Below, in pieces: positions 19,651 through 27,336 of a stretch of DNA of 64,000 nucleotides. Under the pieces are notes generated by a model that did no database searches, had not been told where the DNA came from, and saw only the letters and a list, made by a program, of their open reading frames with translations. Within the stretch, counting starts at the first letter, position 1. The number at the start of each line of letters is the position of its first letter. This stretch comes from Anaerolineae bacterium (lineage in GTDB: Bacteria > Chloroflexota > Anaerolineae > B4-G1 > DUEL01): NCBI GenBank assembly GCA_036172315.1, contig JASFBC010000139.1:1728-65727 (forward strand), in the 5' to 3' direction. Position numbers and translations under genes: made by a program.

Positions 19651-20630
19651 GGCTCCTGCTCCCTTACCAGCGGCCGGAGAATGGGAGGAAGCGCGTCCCG
19701 GTCCCCTGTGACGGGCGGCACAATGGGCGGCTGGCCCATCCGGGCCATTATCGCCTGCCCCTCCGGGCCGATGAGAAACCGGACAAACTCCAGCGCCAGG
19801 TCGGGATGAGGGGCGTTTTTGGGGACGGTCACCCCGTAGACGATGGGCTCCCCCCAAACGGTGACGGTCTGACCCGGGCCGGCGCCGGTGATCTCCACAC
19901 GCGCCTGGCGATAGAAGTCGGCGTACTCTGCATCCCCCAGGTTGATCTCCGGCGGCAGCGCCACAAACCGGAGGCCGTGCTGGACAGCGACCGAGCGGTA
20001 TTCAAAGGCATAGTCCACATCCCCCGATTGCAAGAGCGCGATCAACTCCACCGATTTGGGGCGCATATACGCCTTCGGACAGCGCGCCTCCAGCGTTCGG
20101 TAGAGGCCGGGCGCCCCGTAATGGGCCTCCGCCAGTTGCCAGACCATCAACGTACGATAGCCGCAGGGATCCGTATGAGGGTCGGCGCGGCCGCAGATGA
20201 CGCCATCCCGACCGAGAATTTCGTACCAGTTATCGGCGTCCACCTCGTCCGCATACCGGGAGCGGTCGGTGTAGGCCAACACCATCTCGTTGCGGGCAAA
20301 GAGGATATTCCAGTCGGCGAAGTCGGGGATGAGCAGCCGGTCAATGACCCCGTAGTCGGCAGAAATCATCAGGTCGGCCTCCCGGCCCAGTTCACGGATT
20401 TTGCGGGCGGCCTCGTTGCTGCCGGACGCCTCGGTCTCAAAGATGACCCCGGGGTAGTGGGTCTGGAAGGCCTCGGCGAGGGCCCGTACCGGCTCCGCCA
20501 GACTGCCAGCATGGAGGATGACCAGTTTCCCACCCCGGGCGGCCACCGGGGAGGGCGCGGGGAAGGACGACTGACACCCGGTCAGCCAAGAGGAAAGGAT
20601 GACGGCGGCCAGAATTGGACGAATTTTCAC
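19647..20630 (-). CDS. wtpA: Tungstate/molybdate-binding lipoprotein (WtpA-type substrate-binding protein)
   Basis: Lipobox LTGC. LVILHAGSLAEP..ETEASGSNEAARKIRELGREADLMISADY matches the WtpA pattern. GTG start with a GGAGGTG SD. Confidence 0.8.
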   Translation of the reverse strand: MKIRPILAAVILSSWLTGCQSSFPAPSPVAARGGKLVILHAGSLAEPVRALAEAFQTHYPGVIFETEASGSNEAARKIRELGREADLMISADYGVIDRLLIPDFADWNILFARNEMVLAYTDRSRYADEVDADNWYEILGRDGVICGRADPHTDPCGYRTLMVWQLAEAHYGAPGLYRTLEARCPKAYMRPKSVELIALLQSGDVDYAFEYRSVAVQHGLRFVALPPEINLGDAEYADFYRQARVEITGAGPGQTVTVWGEPIVYGVTVPKNAPHPDLALEFVRFLIGPEGQAIMARMGQPPIVPPVTGDRDALPPILRPLVREQEP

Positions 20631-22518
20631 TTTTCACCTCCGTTAACCACCAGGAGTAGTAGGCCCGGACCATCGCCTCTACGTCCAGCGTGATCCCCGC
20701 CAGCGGCCCCGCCTCCTGCGGCGGCTCTCCCCGCTCCCGCGCCGGCAGCGGGAACTCGCGCGGGAGCCCATGCCGCGCGTTGAAGGCATGGCGCAGCCGC
20801 TGAATGGCCTTTCCGGCCTCCAAGAACTCCGACTCCGTAATCCCCCAGCCAGTGGCGGCGTTCAGCCAGGCGAAAGGCGGCTCGCCCATATAGAGAGCAA
20901 AATGGCAGAGGCCCAAACTGTCATAGGCACGCAGGACGGCCATGCCAACGGCCATAACCCGTCCCTTCGTCGCGTAGTCGTAGCGACTGCCGGGCTTGAC
21001 CCCCTCCAGAGCGAAATACGGCATAAATGGCGGCAGTTCCACCGTTCCCGAGAGGGTGGCCGTGTGACGGCCCGGGGCCGGATCCACCGCATATCCCAGC
21101 GCCACTCCCGGTTCATAGAGGCCCCGGTGCATAGCCAGTTCCTGCCCTCCGGCGTGAACCGCCGCTTCCCGCGCCTCCGGGCCCAGTTGCTCGGATGCCC
21201 GCCGGACGCCATCGGCCAGCCATTCTCCCAGGCCCGGCTCCCGGCGGGCGATGCGTGCCGTCAGTTCTACAATCGCTTCGCCGTTCCCCCAGTCCAGCGG
21301 TAACTCCTCCGCCAGTTCCGGCGGAAGCCATCCCCGCTCCCGGCACTCTATGGCAAAAGCGATCGCGGCGCCGGCGGAAATAGTATCCAACCCGGCCCGG
21401 TTGCAGATGCGGTTACAGCGCATCACCACGTCCAGGTTGTCATTCAGCAGGAGCGGGCCGAAGGCGGCCAGCGTCTCGTACTCCGGCTTGTGATCGGTAT
21501 CGCCGTCGGACAGGCGGACGATGCCGCCGCAGGCTACCGGGCAAAACGAACAGCCGTACCCCCGAATCCTGGGCCGCACCACCGCTTCATCGCTCAGACG
21601 GGCGGCCCGGCGCAGCGGAAAGTCCCGGTAGCCGATGCCAGTCCAGTTGCGGACCGGCGTGTCTCCCAACTCCACCAGCGCGGCCGTGCCGGCGGCGGTC
21701 CCATAAAGGCGATACGTGTCTATGATTATGGAAGTCGGGCCGCCACTGGGCCGAAGGCGCAGCCGCCGCATCACAGGGAGGGCGCGCAGGAGGAAGCCGG
21801 CGATGCCGGAGGCCCAGCGGGACGGCTTGCGGCGGAACAGTCGCCGGTACTCCTCTGTGGTCCGCCGGAAGGCCTCGGGGTCGGCCAGAGGCGGACGGGC
21901 TTTCCCCCGTGCGGCGACAGCCTTGAGGTTCTTGGCTCCCATGACCGCGCCCAGGCCGCACCGCGCGGCGGCCCGCCCGTCGTCGTTGATGATGGCGGCC
22001 AGAAGTGACCGCTTCTCCCCTGCCGGGCCGATACAGGCGGCGCGCACGTCCCGGCCGTGGGCGGCGCGCAGAGCGGCCTCCGTCTCCCGGGTATCCAGAC
22101 CCCAGAGGTCGGTGGCGTCCCGGATCTCGGCCCGCTCGCCGTCTACATACAGGTAGACAGGCCGCTCCGCCTGGCCGGTGATGAAGACGCCGTCGTAGCC
22201 GGCCCCCCGCAGAGCGGGGCCGAAATTCCCCCCGCAGTTGGAGTCCCCCCAGGCGCCGGTGAGGGGGGAGCGGGCGCAGACCATGAAGCGTCCGCCGAAG
22301 AGCGCGCCGCTCCCAGTGAGGAGCCCGGGGAGAAAACCGATGATGTTCTCCGGTCCCAACGGGTCGGCGCCGGACGGGATGCGCTCGTAAAGGGCCCAGG
22401 CCCTCAGGCCGTACCCACCCAGATACCGGCGATAGACCTCTTCGGGAGGTGTCTCTACGGTGATTTCGCCGGTGGAAAGGTTGACAAAGGGCAGTTTTCC
22501 CCAGTAACCGTTGGGCAT
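20437..22518 (-). CDS. aor: Tungsten-containing aldehyde:ferredoxin oxidoreductase (AOR family)
   Basis: MPNGYWGKLPFVNLSTGEI N-terminus and AOR N/C domains. Its frame has no stop until 20437, so the C-terminal ~65 aa overlap wtpA. The true 3' end is uncertain. Confidence 0.8.
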   Translation of the reverse strand: MPNGYWGKLPFVNLSTGEITVETPPEEVYRRYLGGYGLRAWALYERIPSGADPLGPENIIGFLPGLLTGSGALFGGRFMVCARSPLTGAWGDSNCGGNFGPALRGAGYDGVFITGQAERPVYLYVDGERAEIRDATDLWGLDTRETEAALRAAHGRDVRAACIGPAGEKRSLLAAIINDDGRAAARCGLGAVMGAKNLKAVAARGKARPPLADPEAFRRTTEEYRRLFRRKPSRWASGIAGFLLRALPVMRRLRLRPSGGPTSIIIDTYRLYGTAAGTAALVELGDTPVRNWTGIGYRDFPLRRAARLSDEAVVRPRIRGYGCSFCPVACGGIVRLSDGDTDHKPEYETLAAFGPLLLNDNLDVVMRCNRICNRAGLDTISAGAAIAFAIECRERGWLPPELAEELPLDWGNGEAIVELTARIARREPGLGEWLADGVRRASEQLGPEAREAAVHAGGQELAMHRGLYEPGVALGYAVDPAPGRHTATLSGTVELPPFMPYFALEGVKPGSRYDYATKGRVMAVGMAVLRAYDSLGLCHFALYMGEPPFAWLNAATGWGITESEFLEAGKAIQRLRHAFNARHGLPREFPLPARERGEPPQEAGPLAGITLDVEAMVRAYYSWWLTEVKSENSSNSGRRHPFLLADRVSVVLPRALPGGRPGWETGHPPCWQSGGAGTGPRRGLPDPLPRGHL

Positions 22519-22531
22519 GGGAGACCTCCGG

Positions 22532-22556
22532 ATAGGGTCGGGCGGAGGTAGGGGCA
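22532..22556 (-). terminator. Stem-loop GGGGCAGGG-gcaa-CCCTGCCCC between the LysM gene stop and the aor start
   Basis: Perfect 9-bp GC stem directly 3' of the LysM-protein stop. Confidence 0.4.
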
Positions 22557-22572
22557 GGGGCAAGCCCTGCCC

Positions 22573-23715
22573 CTACGGTGTCGGCGTGGGCGCCGGTGTC
22601 AGCGGCGATTCCAGCCAGAGGAAGCGGCGGATGATTCCCTCATCCGACGCAGTGGTGAAGGCACCGCTGCGGGTCTCCCGGACTACCCGGACCTCCCATC
22701 GGAACTCCCGCGCCTGGGAGCCGGAAGGCGGGAAAAGGTCGGCGGGGAGCCGGTAGGCCGTCGTCCGGGTGTGCACCCGGAGGATGGGCATCCCGGGCCG
22801 GGTGATCCGCAGTTCGTACCACTCATTGGGGCGCAGGACGGCAACGGAGGCCCACTGGAGCACGATGACCGCATCCGGCCCACCGAAGACGGCCCCGTCC
22901 GGCGGATACAGGAGGGGCGGCGACGGATAGGGCGGGATGGGCGTCGGCGTGGCATAGGGGTTGGGGGTGGGCGTCGGCGTGGGCATCGGTGTCCCCAACG
23001 GGATGATCAGCGGCTGGTTCACGCGGATGGCGTCGGAGCCGGCGGGAATCTCCGGATTGGCGGCCCGGATCAGGGAGAGGGTGACGCTGTATTTCTGCGC
23101 GATGGAGAGGAGGGTCTCCCCCGGCGCGACGACGTGGATGATGTAATCGCCCGGCGTGGGAGTCGGCGTGACCGTCCCCGGAATAGGCGAAGGGGTGGGA
23201 GTGGGGCGGGCCGGCGGGATGAGCAGGACCTGCCCGATTTGCAGCGCGTCCGGGTTGATGCCCGGGTTCAGGGCGATGATTTCCTCCACGGTGGTGTCGT
23301 ACCGGACAGCGATGCCCGAGAGGGTATCGTTCGGTTGGACCTGGTGAGCCCGGGGAGGCAGCGGAGTGGGTGTGGGCGTCTCAGTCGGCGTGGCGGTAGG
23401 GGTAGACGTGGCCGCCGGCGTGGCCGTCCGGGTCGGGGCGACGGTCGGGGTGGGGAAAGGAGCCCGCTGGGGAAAGAAGAGCGGCCCCAGAAGCCAGTAG
23501 GCCGTCCCCAGAACCAGTGCGGCGACAGCGAACGCCGCCACCCAGAAGAGCCGGTGAGAATAGCGGGCCGGCGCGCGGGTCACCAGCGACTCCGCCTCCG
23601 GCCTCTCTGCCAGGGACGCGCCACAGATGATACAGGTAGTGGCTTGTGCCGACACCTTTGTCCCACAGGCCGGACAGATTCTGTTGGGTAAATCAGTGGG
23701 TGGTAAATGGGTCAT
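22573..23715 (-). CDS. LysM-domain protein with an N-terminal zinc ribbon and TM anchor, Pro/Thr-rich linkers
   Basis: CPACG..CIICG zinc ribbon, a TM helix, and two LysM domains (DTLSGIAVRY.., ETLLSIAQKY..). Confidence 0.8.
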   Translation of the reverse strand: MTHLPPTDLPNRICPACGTKVSAQATTCIICGASLAERPEAESLVTRAPARYSHRLFWVAAFAVAALVLGTAYWLLGPLFFPQRAPFPTPTVAPTRTATPAATSTPTATPTETPTPTPLPPRAHQVQPNDTLSGIAVRYDTTVEEIIALNPGINPDALQIGQVLLIPPARPTPTPSPIPGTVTPTPTPGDYIIHVVAPGETLLSIAQKYSVTLSLIRAANPEIPAGSDAIRVNQPLIIPLGTPMPTPTPTPNPYATPTPIPPYPSPPLLYPPDGAVFGGPDAVIVLQWASVAVLRPNEWYELRITRPGMPILRVHTRTTAYRLPADLFPPSGSQAREFRWEVRVVRETRSGAFTTASDEGIIRRFLWLESPLTPAPTPTP

Positions 23716-23736
23716 TGGATCATTGAGCCATCGGGG

Positions 23737-24309
23737 TCATTGAGCCATTTGCCCGCCCAACCCCAGGTCCGCCGCGACCGATTGCATGGCCTCCAGGACG
23801 ATGCCAACGTGCTCCCAGAGGTCCACCCCCAGGAGCGCCGCGCCTTCCTCGGCCGCGCTCCGGTCAGCACCCGCTGCGAACCGTTTGTCCTTCCACTTGT
23901 TCTTGACGCTCTTGACCGTAATCTGGCGGATGTCCTTGGAGGGGTGGACCAGGGTTACGGCGACAATAAGGCCGGTCAGGTCGTCCACGGCGTAGAGGGC
24001 GTGCTCCATCCGGTTCTCCCGCTCCACGCCGGTCCGTTCGGCCGCATGGGAGAGGACGGCGCGGACAATCTCCTCAGGCCAGCCTTGCTCCCGCAGGATG
24101 CGGGCGCCGGTGAGCGGGTGGTCTTCAGGGAAGCGCTCGTAGTCAAAGTCGTGGAGGAGCCCCACCACGGCCCATTTCTCCTCGTCCTCCCCGAAGCGGC
24201 GGGCATAGGCCCGCATGGCCGCCTCCACGGCCAGCATATGCTTGAGCAGGTTCGGGTTCTGGATGTACTCGGTGACCAGTTTCCAGGCATTTTCTCGGGT
24301 GGGTTGCAT
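23737..24309 (-). CDS. HD-domain phosphohydrolase
   Basis: H..HD motif (LKHMLAVE..GLLHDFDY). Start at MQPTREN, with a GGAGGT SD. Confidence 0.75.
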   Translation of the reverse strand: MQPTRENAWKLVTEYIQNPNLLKHMLAVEAAMRAYARRFGEDEEKWAVVGLLHDFDYERFPEDHPLTGARILREQGWPEEIVRAVLSHAAERTGVERENRMEHALYAVDDLTGLIVAVTLVHPSKDIRQITVKSVKNKWKDKRFAAGADRSAAEEGAALLGVDLWEHVGIVLEAMQSVAADLGLGGQMAQ

Positions 24310-25061
24310 GGTGACCTCCGGAGTGAAACGGGAAGAGTGAAACGTGAAACGGGAGCGTAGAATATCGGGATCGGGTCGCCCAGGACGGGTTGAGGGCGGC
24401 GAATCCACAGGTCCCACCAGGCCAGCCAGAGGGCCAGGACTTCGCGGGCCCAGTACTGGCGGATGTGGATGTAGGGGTGTCGGTCGGCCACGAAGCCAAC
24501 GGCGTCTATTCCCAGGCGCTTGCAGGTATAGAGAGCGCGCGGCAAGTGATAGCGCTGGGTGACAACCACCACCTCCCTCAGGCCGAAGATGGCCTTCGCC
24601 CGATAGCAGGTGTCATAGGTGCGCCGCCCGGCATAATCCAGGACGATGTCCTCCTCCGGCATTCCCAGCGTCCGGGCGACCTCCCGCATCTTCTCCGGCT
24701 CGTTGTAATTCACGAAGCGGTTATCGCCGCTGAAGAGGAGTTTGCGGACCCGCCCGGCCCGGTAGAGTTCCACCGCTGCCGTCACCCGGTCTCGCAGGAT
24801 GTCACTGGGCGTACCGTCGGGCCAGTAGCCAGCGCCGAAGACCAGCGCCACCGGGCGCTCCGGCACCGCCGCCGGGTCGGTGGAGATGAGCCTCCGGTAG
24901 CGCACGGTCAGCGTCCAGAGGGTCCAGCCCCCGACCGCGCCCAGGACAGAGAGGAGGACGCAGATGAACGCGGATAGACGCAGATGCCATCTGTATGTTT
25001 CTACGCTTCTCTGCCCAGGCCTACGTTCCTCCGGGTCCATCTTTTTTATTTTTCCTCCCAT
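23976..25061 (-). CDS. DUF218 (SanA/YdcF/ElyC family) membrane protein. Only the first ~237 aa look genuine; the C-terminal ~110 aa is low-complexity read-through overlapping the HD gene
   Basis: VFGAGYWPDGTPSDILRDRVTAAVELYRAGRVRKLLFSGDN is the DUF218 core. There is no in-frame stop until 23976. Confidence 0.6.
   Translation of the reverse strand: MGGKIKKMDPEERRPGQRSVETYRWHLRLSAFICVLLSVLGAVGGWTLWTLTVRYRRLISTDPAAVPERPVALVFGAGYWPDGTPSDILRDRVTAAVELYRAGRVRKLLFSGDNRFVNYNEPEKMREVARTLGMPEEDIVLDYAGRRTYDTCYRAKAIFGLREVVVVTQRYHLPRALYTCKRLGIDAVGFVADRHPYIHIRQYWAREVLALWLAWWDLWIRRPQPVLGDPIPIFYAPVSRFTLPVSLRRSPCNPPEKMPGNWSPSTSRTRTCSSICWPWRRPCGPMPAASGRTRRNGPWWGSSTTLTTSASLKTTRSPAPASCGSKAGLRRLSAPSSPMRPNGPAWSGRTGWSTPSTPWTT
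24322..24352 (-). promoter_or_regulatory. Three direct repeats of GTGAAAC(G) immediately upstream of the HD-domain gene SD
   Basis: Plus strand reads agtGAAACGggaagagtGAAACGtGAAACGgg. The position suggests an operator or activator site. Confidence 0.3.
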
Positions 25062-25062
25062 T

Positions 25063-26511
25063 CTACGGCACCAAGGAAGTCACCGCTGCCACCGTCTCCA
25101 GGTCCGGCCCCCAGAGGACGGTGACGACGCGGCCGGTGCGGTAGAGGTAGGCCGCTCCCGCCGGCCCGCTCCAGAACCGCCCCGTCAGGCCCAGCGGAGG
25201 ATCGGTGGCGACCAGCGGCGGGTTGCGGAACCCGGGCACCAGCAGCGCATACGCGCGCTCAAACTCCACCGCCTCTTCCCGGTTCTCCCATACCAGTCGC
25301 CAGGCGATGACCTCCCGGCCCGCCGTATCCCTCCAGAGGGTAAAGGTATCCCCGGCCCAGCCGTCGGCGGCGCGGCGGGCGGCCTCGTCGTCGTCCAGAT
25401 AGGCCGCCAGGTGCAGGCCGACCAGAAACTCGCCAACGGTGTCCCGCCGGGCCAGGCTCCAACCTTTGCCCAGAACCGACGCCAGGTCCGGGATGGCAGG
25501 CTCCAGGGCGGAGTGGCGGGCCCGGTACCGCTCCGGGTGCAGGACCTCCTGGGTGCTGCAGGGCGGAGCGGCGTAGGCGCGGTTCACGGCATCCCAGCCG
25601 CCGTCGGCGTAGAGCGCGGCCACGAAACGGGCCCCTTCCCGATACGGGAACAGGCGAATCGCTGCAAAGGTAGCGGCGTTCGCTACTGGCGCGTAGGTCG
25701 GCTCCTCGGCCCCGGCCGCCAGGGCGGCGAGACGGTCCACTTCCTGAGGGGCGGTGTCCAGTCCGGCGTAGCGGGCGGTGGTGAGGACGGCATCCCCCTC
25801 CAGAAGCGCCCGCAGAGCCAGCGCGGCGTCCGTCGTGGGCCGGCAGGCGGCGGCCAGCGGGACGCGCGGCGGTTCGGCATCCGGGCCCAGCCCGAACCCG
25901 CTGTCCTGGAGCGCATGGGCCAGGGTGTGCACCAGCGCCAGTTCATCGTCGGGGGTGGCGGGCCCCCGGCCCGCCACCAGCAAAATCTGCCGTCCCGCCG
26001 GGGCATAGAGGCTGAATACCCGGGCGGCCTGCGCGGTCACATCCGGCAGCGGGAGCGGATCCAGCCGGGGTACCAGCCCCAGCAGGCCATAAAGGGCCAG
26101 GGCCTCCTGCGGGCGGATGTCGCTGTACCGGTGAAGAAGGTAGAGGGCGATCTCCCGCTCCGACGGGAAAGTTACAGGAAACTGCTCCACCGGCGGGAGG
26201 TCCCGTACCCGGGCCAGGATACGGGCCACCTCATGCACCGCGCGGGCGCTCTGAATCTGGGAGAGGGGAACGGCCCGCGTGGGAGTCGGGGCGGCCGTCG
26301 GGGAGGCAACCGTTGGGGCAGGAGAAGACTCCGCGATGACCGCAGGGGATTCCAGGGGGGGTGTTGGCCCCTGCGGTGAGGGAAGGGGAGAGAGGGCCGT
26401 CATCTGCCGCGTGGTGGTGACCACGACATAGCCGAAGAGACCAAAGACGGCAATGACGGCGGTCGCCATCAGAGCCAGGATCAACCGCTGGCGGGGTGTG
26501 AACCCCCTCAC
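25063..26511 (-). CDS. Hypothetical membrane-anchored protein with a Pro/Thr/Ala-rich linker
   Basis: N-terminal TM helix and a 482-aa ORF. Tightly coupled to the downstream DUF218 gene. No confident family. Confidence 0.55.
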   Translation of the reverse strand: MRGFTPRQRLILALMATAVIAVFGLFGYVVVTTTRQMTALSPLPSPQGPTPPLESPAVIAESSPAPTVASPTAAPTPTRAVPLSQIQSARAVHEVARILARVRDLPPVEQFPVTFPSEREIALYLLHRYSDIRPQEALALYGLLGLVPRLDPLPLPDVTAQAARVFSLYAPAGRQILLVAGRGPATPDDELALVHTLAHALQDSGFGLGPDAEPPRVPLAAACRPTTDAALALRALLEGDAVLTTARYAGLDTAPQEVDRLAALAAGAEEPTYAPVANAATFAAIRLFPYREGARFVAALYADGGWDAVNRAYAAPPCSTQEVLHPERYRARHSALEPAIPDLASVLGKGWSLARRDTVGEFLVGLHLAAYLDDDEAARRAADGWAGDTFTLWRDTAGREVIAWRLVWENREEAVEFERAYALLVPGFRNPPLVATDPPLGLTGRFWSGPAGAAYLYRTGRVVTVLWGPDLETVAAVTSLVP

Positions 26512-27230
26512 CGCAAAGCCTCCTCCTGGGCGGCGATGAGTGCCTCAATCCCCCGACGGGCCAGGTCCAGCATTCGCTCCAGCCGATAACGGGAGAAAGG
26601 AGATTTCTCCGCTGTCCCCTGCACCTCTACAAACCGTCCGTCCCCTGTCATTACCACGTTCAGGTCCACCTCGGTCTGGCTATCTTCTTCATAACAGAGG
26701 TCCAGCCGGACCTCGCCCTGCACAATGCCGACACTGACGGCAGCGACGGGGGTGCGAATGAGGTCCGGAGGAACGATTCCCCGCGCGGCCAGGCGGCGCA
26801 GGGCCAGGGCCAGGGCGATGTATCCTCCGGTGACAGCGGCGGTGCGGGTGCCGCCGTCGGCCTGGAGGACGTCGCAATCCAGGATCAGCGTCCGCTCCCC
26901 CAGCCGGGTCAGGTCCAGGCCGGCGCGCAGGGAGCGGCCGATGAAGCGGCGGATTTCCTGCGTCCGCCCACCGGTCAGGCCGTTCTCGCGCGGCGTGCGG
27001 ATGTGGGTAGAACGGGGCAGCAGCGCGTACTCTGCCGTCAGCCAGCCCTGCCCGGAGCCCGCCAGCCAGCGTGGCACCCCCTCCTGCAGGGTCAGGTTAC
27101 AAAGCACGCGGGTGCGCCCCCATTCCACCAGCACCGACCCCTCCGGGTAATCCACGTAGTCCAGGAGGAAGCGGACGGGGCGGAGTTCATCGGGCTGTCG
27201 CCCATCAGGTCGGAAGACAACGCGGGACAT
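26508..27230 (-). CDS. rph: Ribonuclease PH
   Basis: RPDGRQPDELRPV, GSVLVEWGRTRVLC, TAEYALLPRST and DCDVLQADGGTRTAAVTG. Confidence 0.92.
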   Translation of the reverse strand: MSRVVFRPDGRQPDELRPVRFLLDYVDYPEGSVLVEWGRTRVLCNLTLQEGVPRWLAGSGQGWLTAEYALLPRSTHIRTPRENGLTGGRTQEIRRFIGRSLRAGLDLTRLGERTLILDCDVLQADGGTRTAAVTGGYIALALALRRLAARGIVPPDLIRTPVAAVSVGIVQGEVRLDLCYEEDSQTEVDLNVVMTGDGRFVEVQGTAEKSPFSRYRLERMLDLARRGIEALIAAQEEALR

Positions 27231-27241
27231 CGCACTCCCTT

Positions 27242-27332
27242 CCTCACCCCACCCCCGCTGCCTTCGGCGGCACCCTCTCCCCTCTCCGGAACTTTGTTCA
27301 GGTGAGGGAGGGGGCAGGGGGGAGGGGTGAGG
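27242..27332 (-). repeat. ~90-nt two-hairpin element E1 (outer stem CCTCACCCCACCCC/GGGGAGGGGTGAGG, a UUC-loop hairpin, and a 14-bp hairpin); a second copy lies at 57879-57970
   Basis: ~85% identical to 57879-57970, with compensatory changes in the small hairpin (gctgcc-ttc-ggcggc vs ggccc-ttc-gggcc). Sits between the O-antigen-ligase gene stop and the rph ATG. Confidence 0.7.
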
Positions 27333-27336
27333 AGCC

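Noticed and set aside
23719-23750. Two mini-ORFs ATGGCTCAATGA (M-A-Q-stop) upstream of the LysM gene as leader peptides
   Set aside because: One copy is simply the last three codons and stop of the HD-domain gene (..GQMAQ*). The other is an 18-nt-offset direct duplication of it, so this is a short junctional repeat, not a leader-peptide system.
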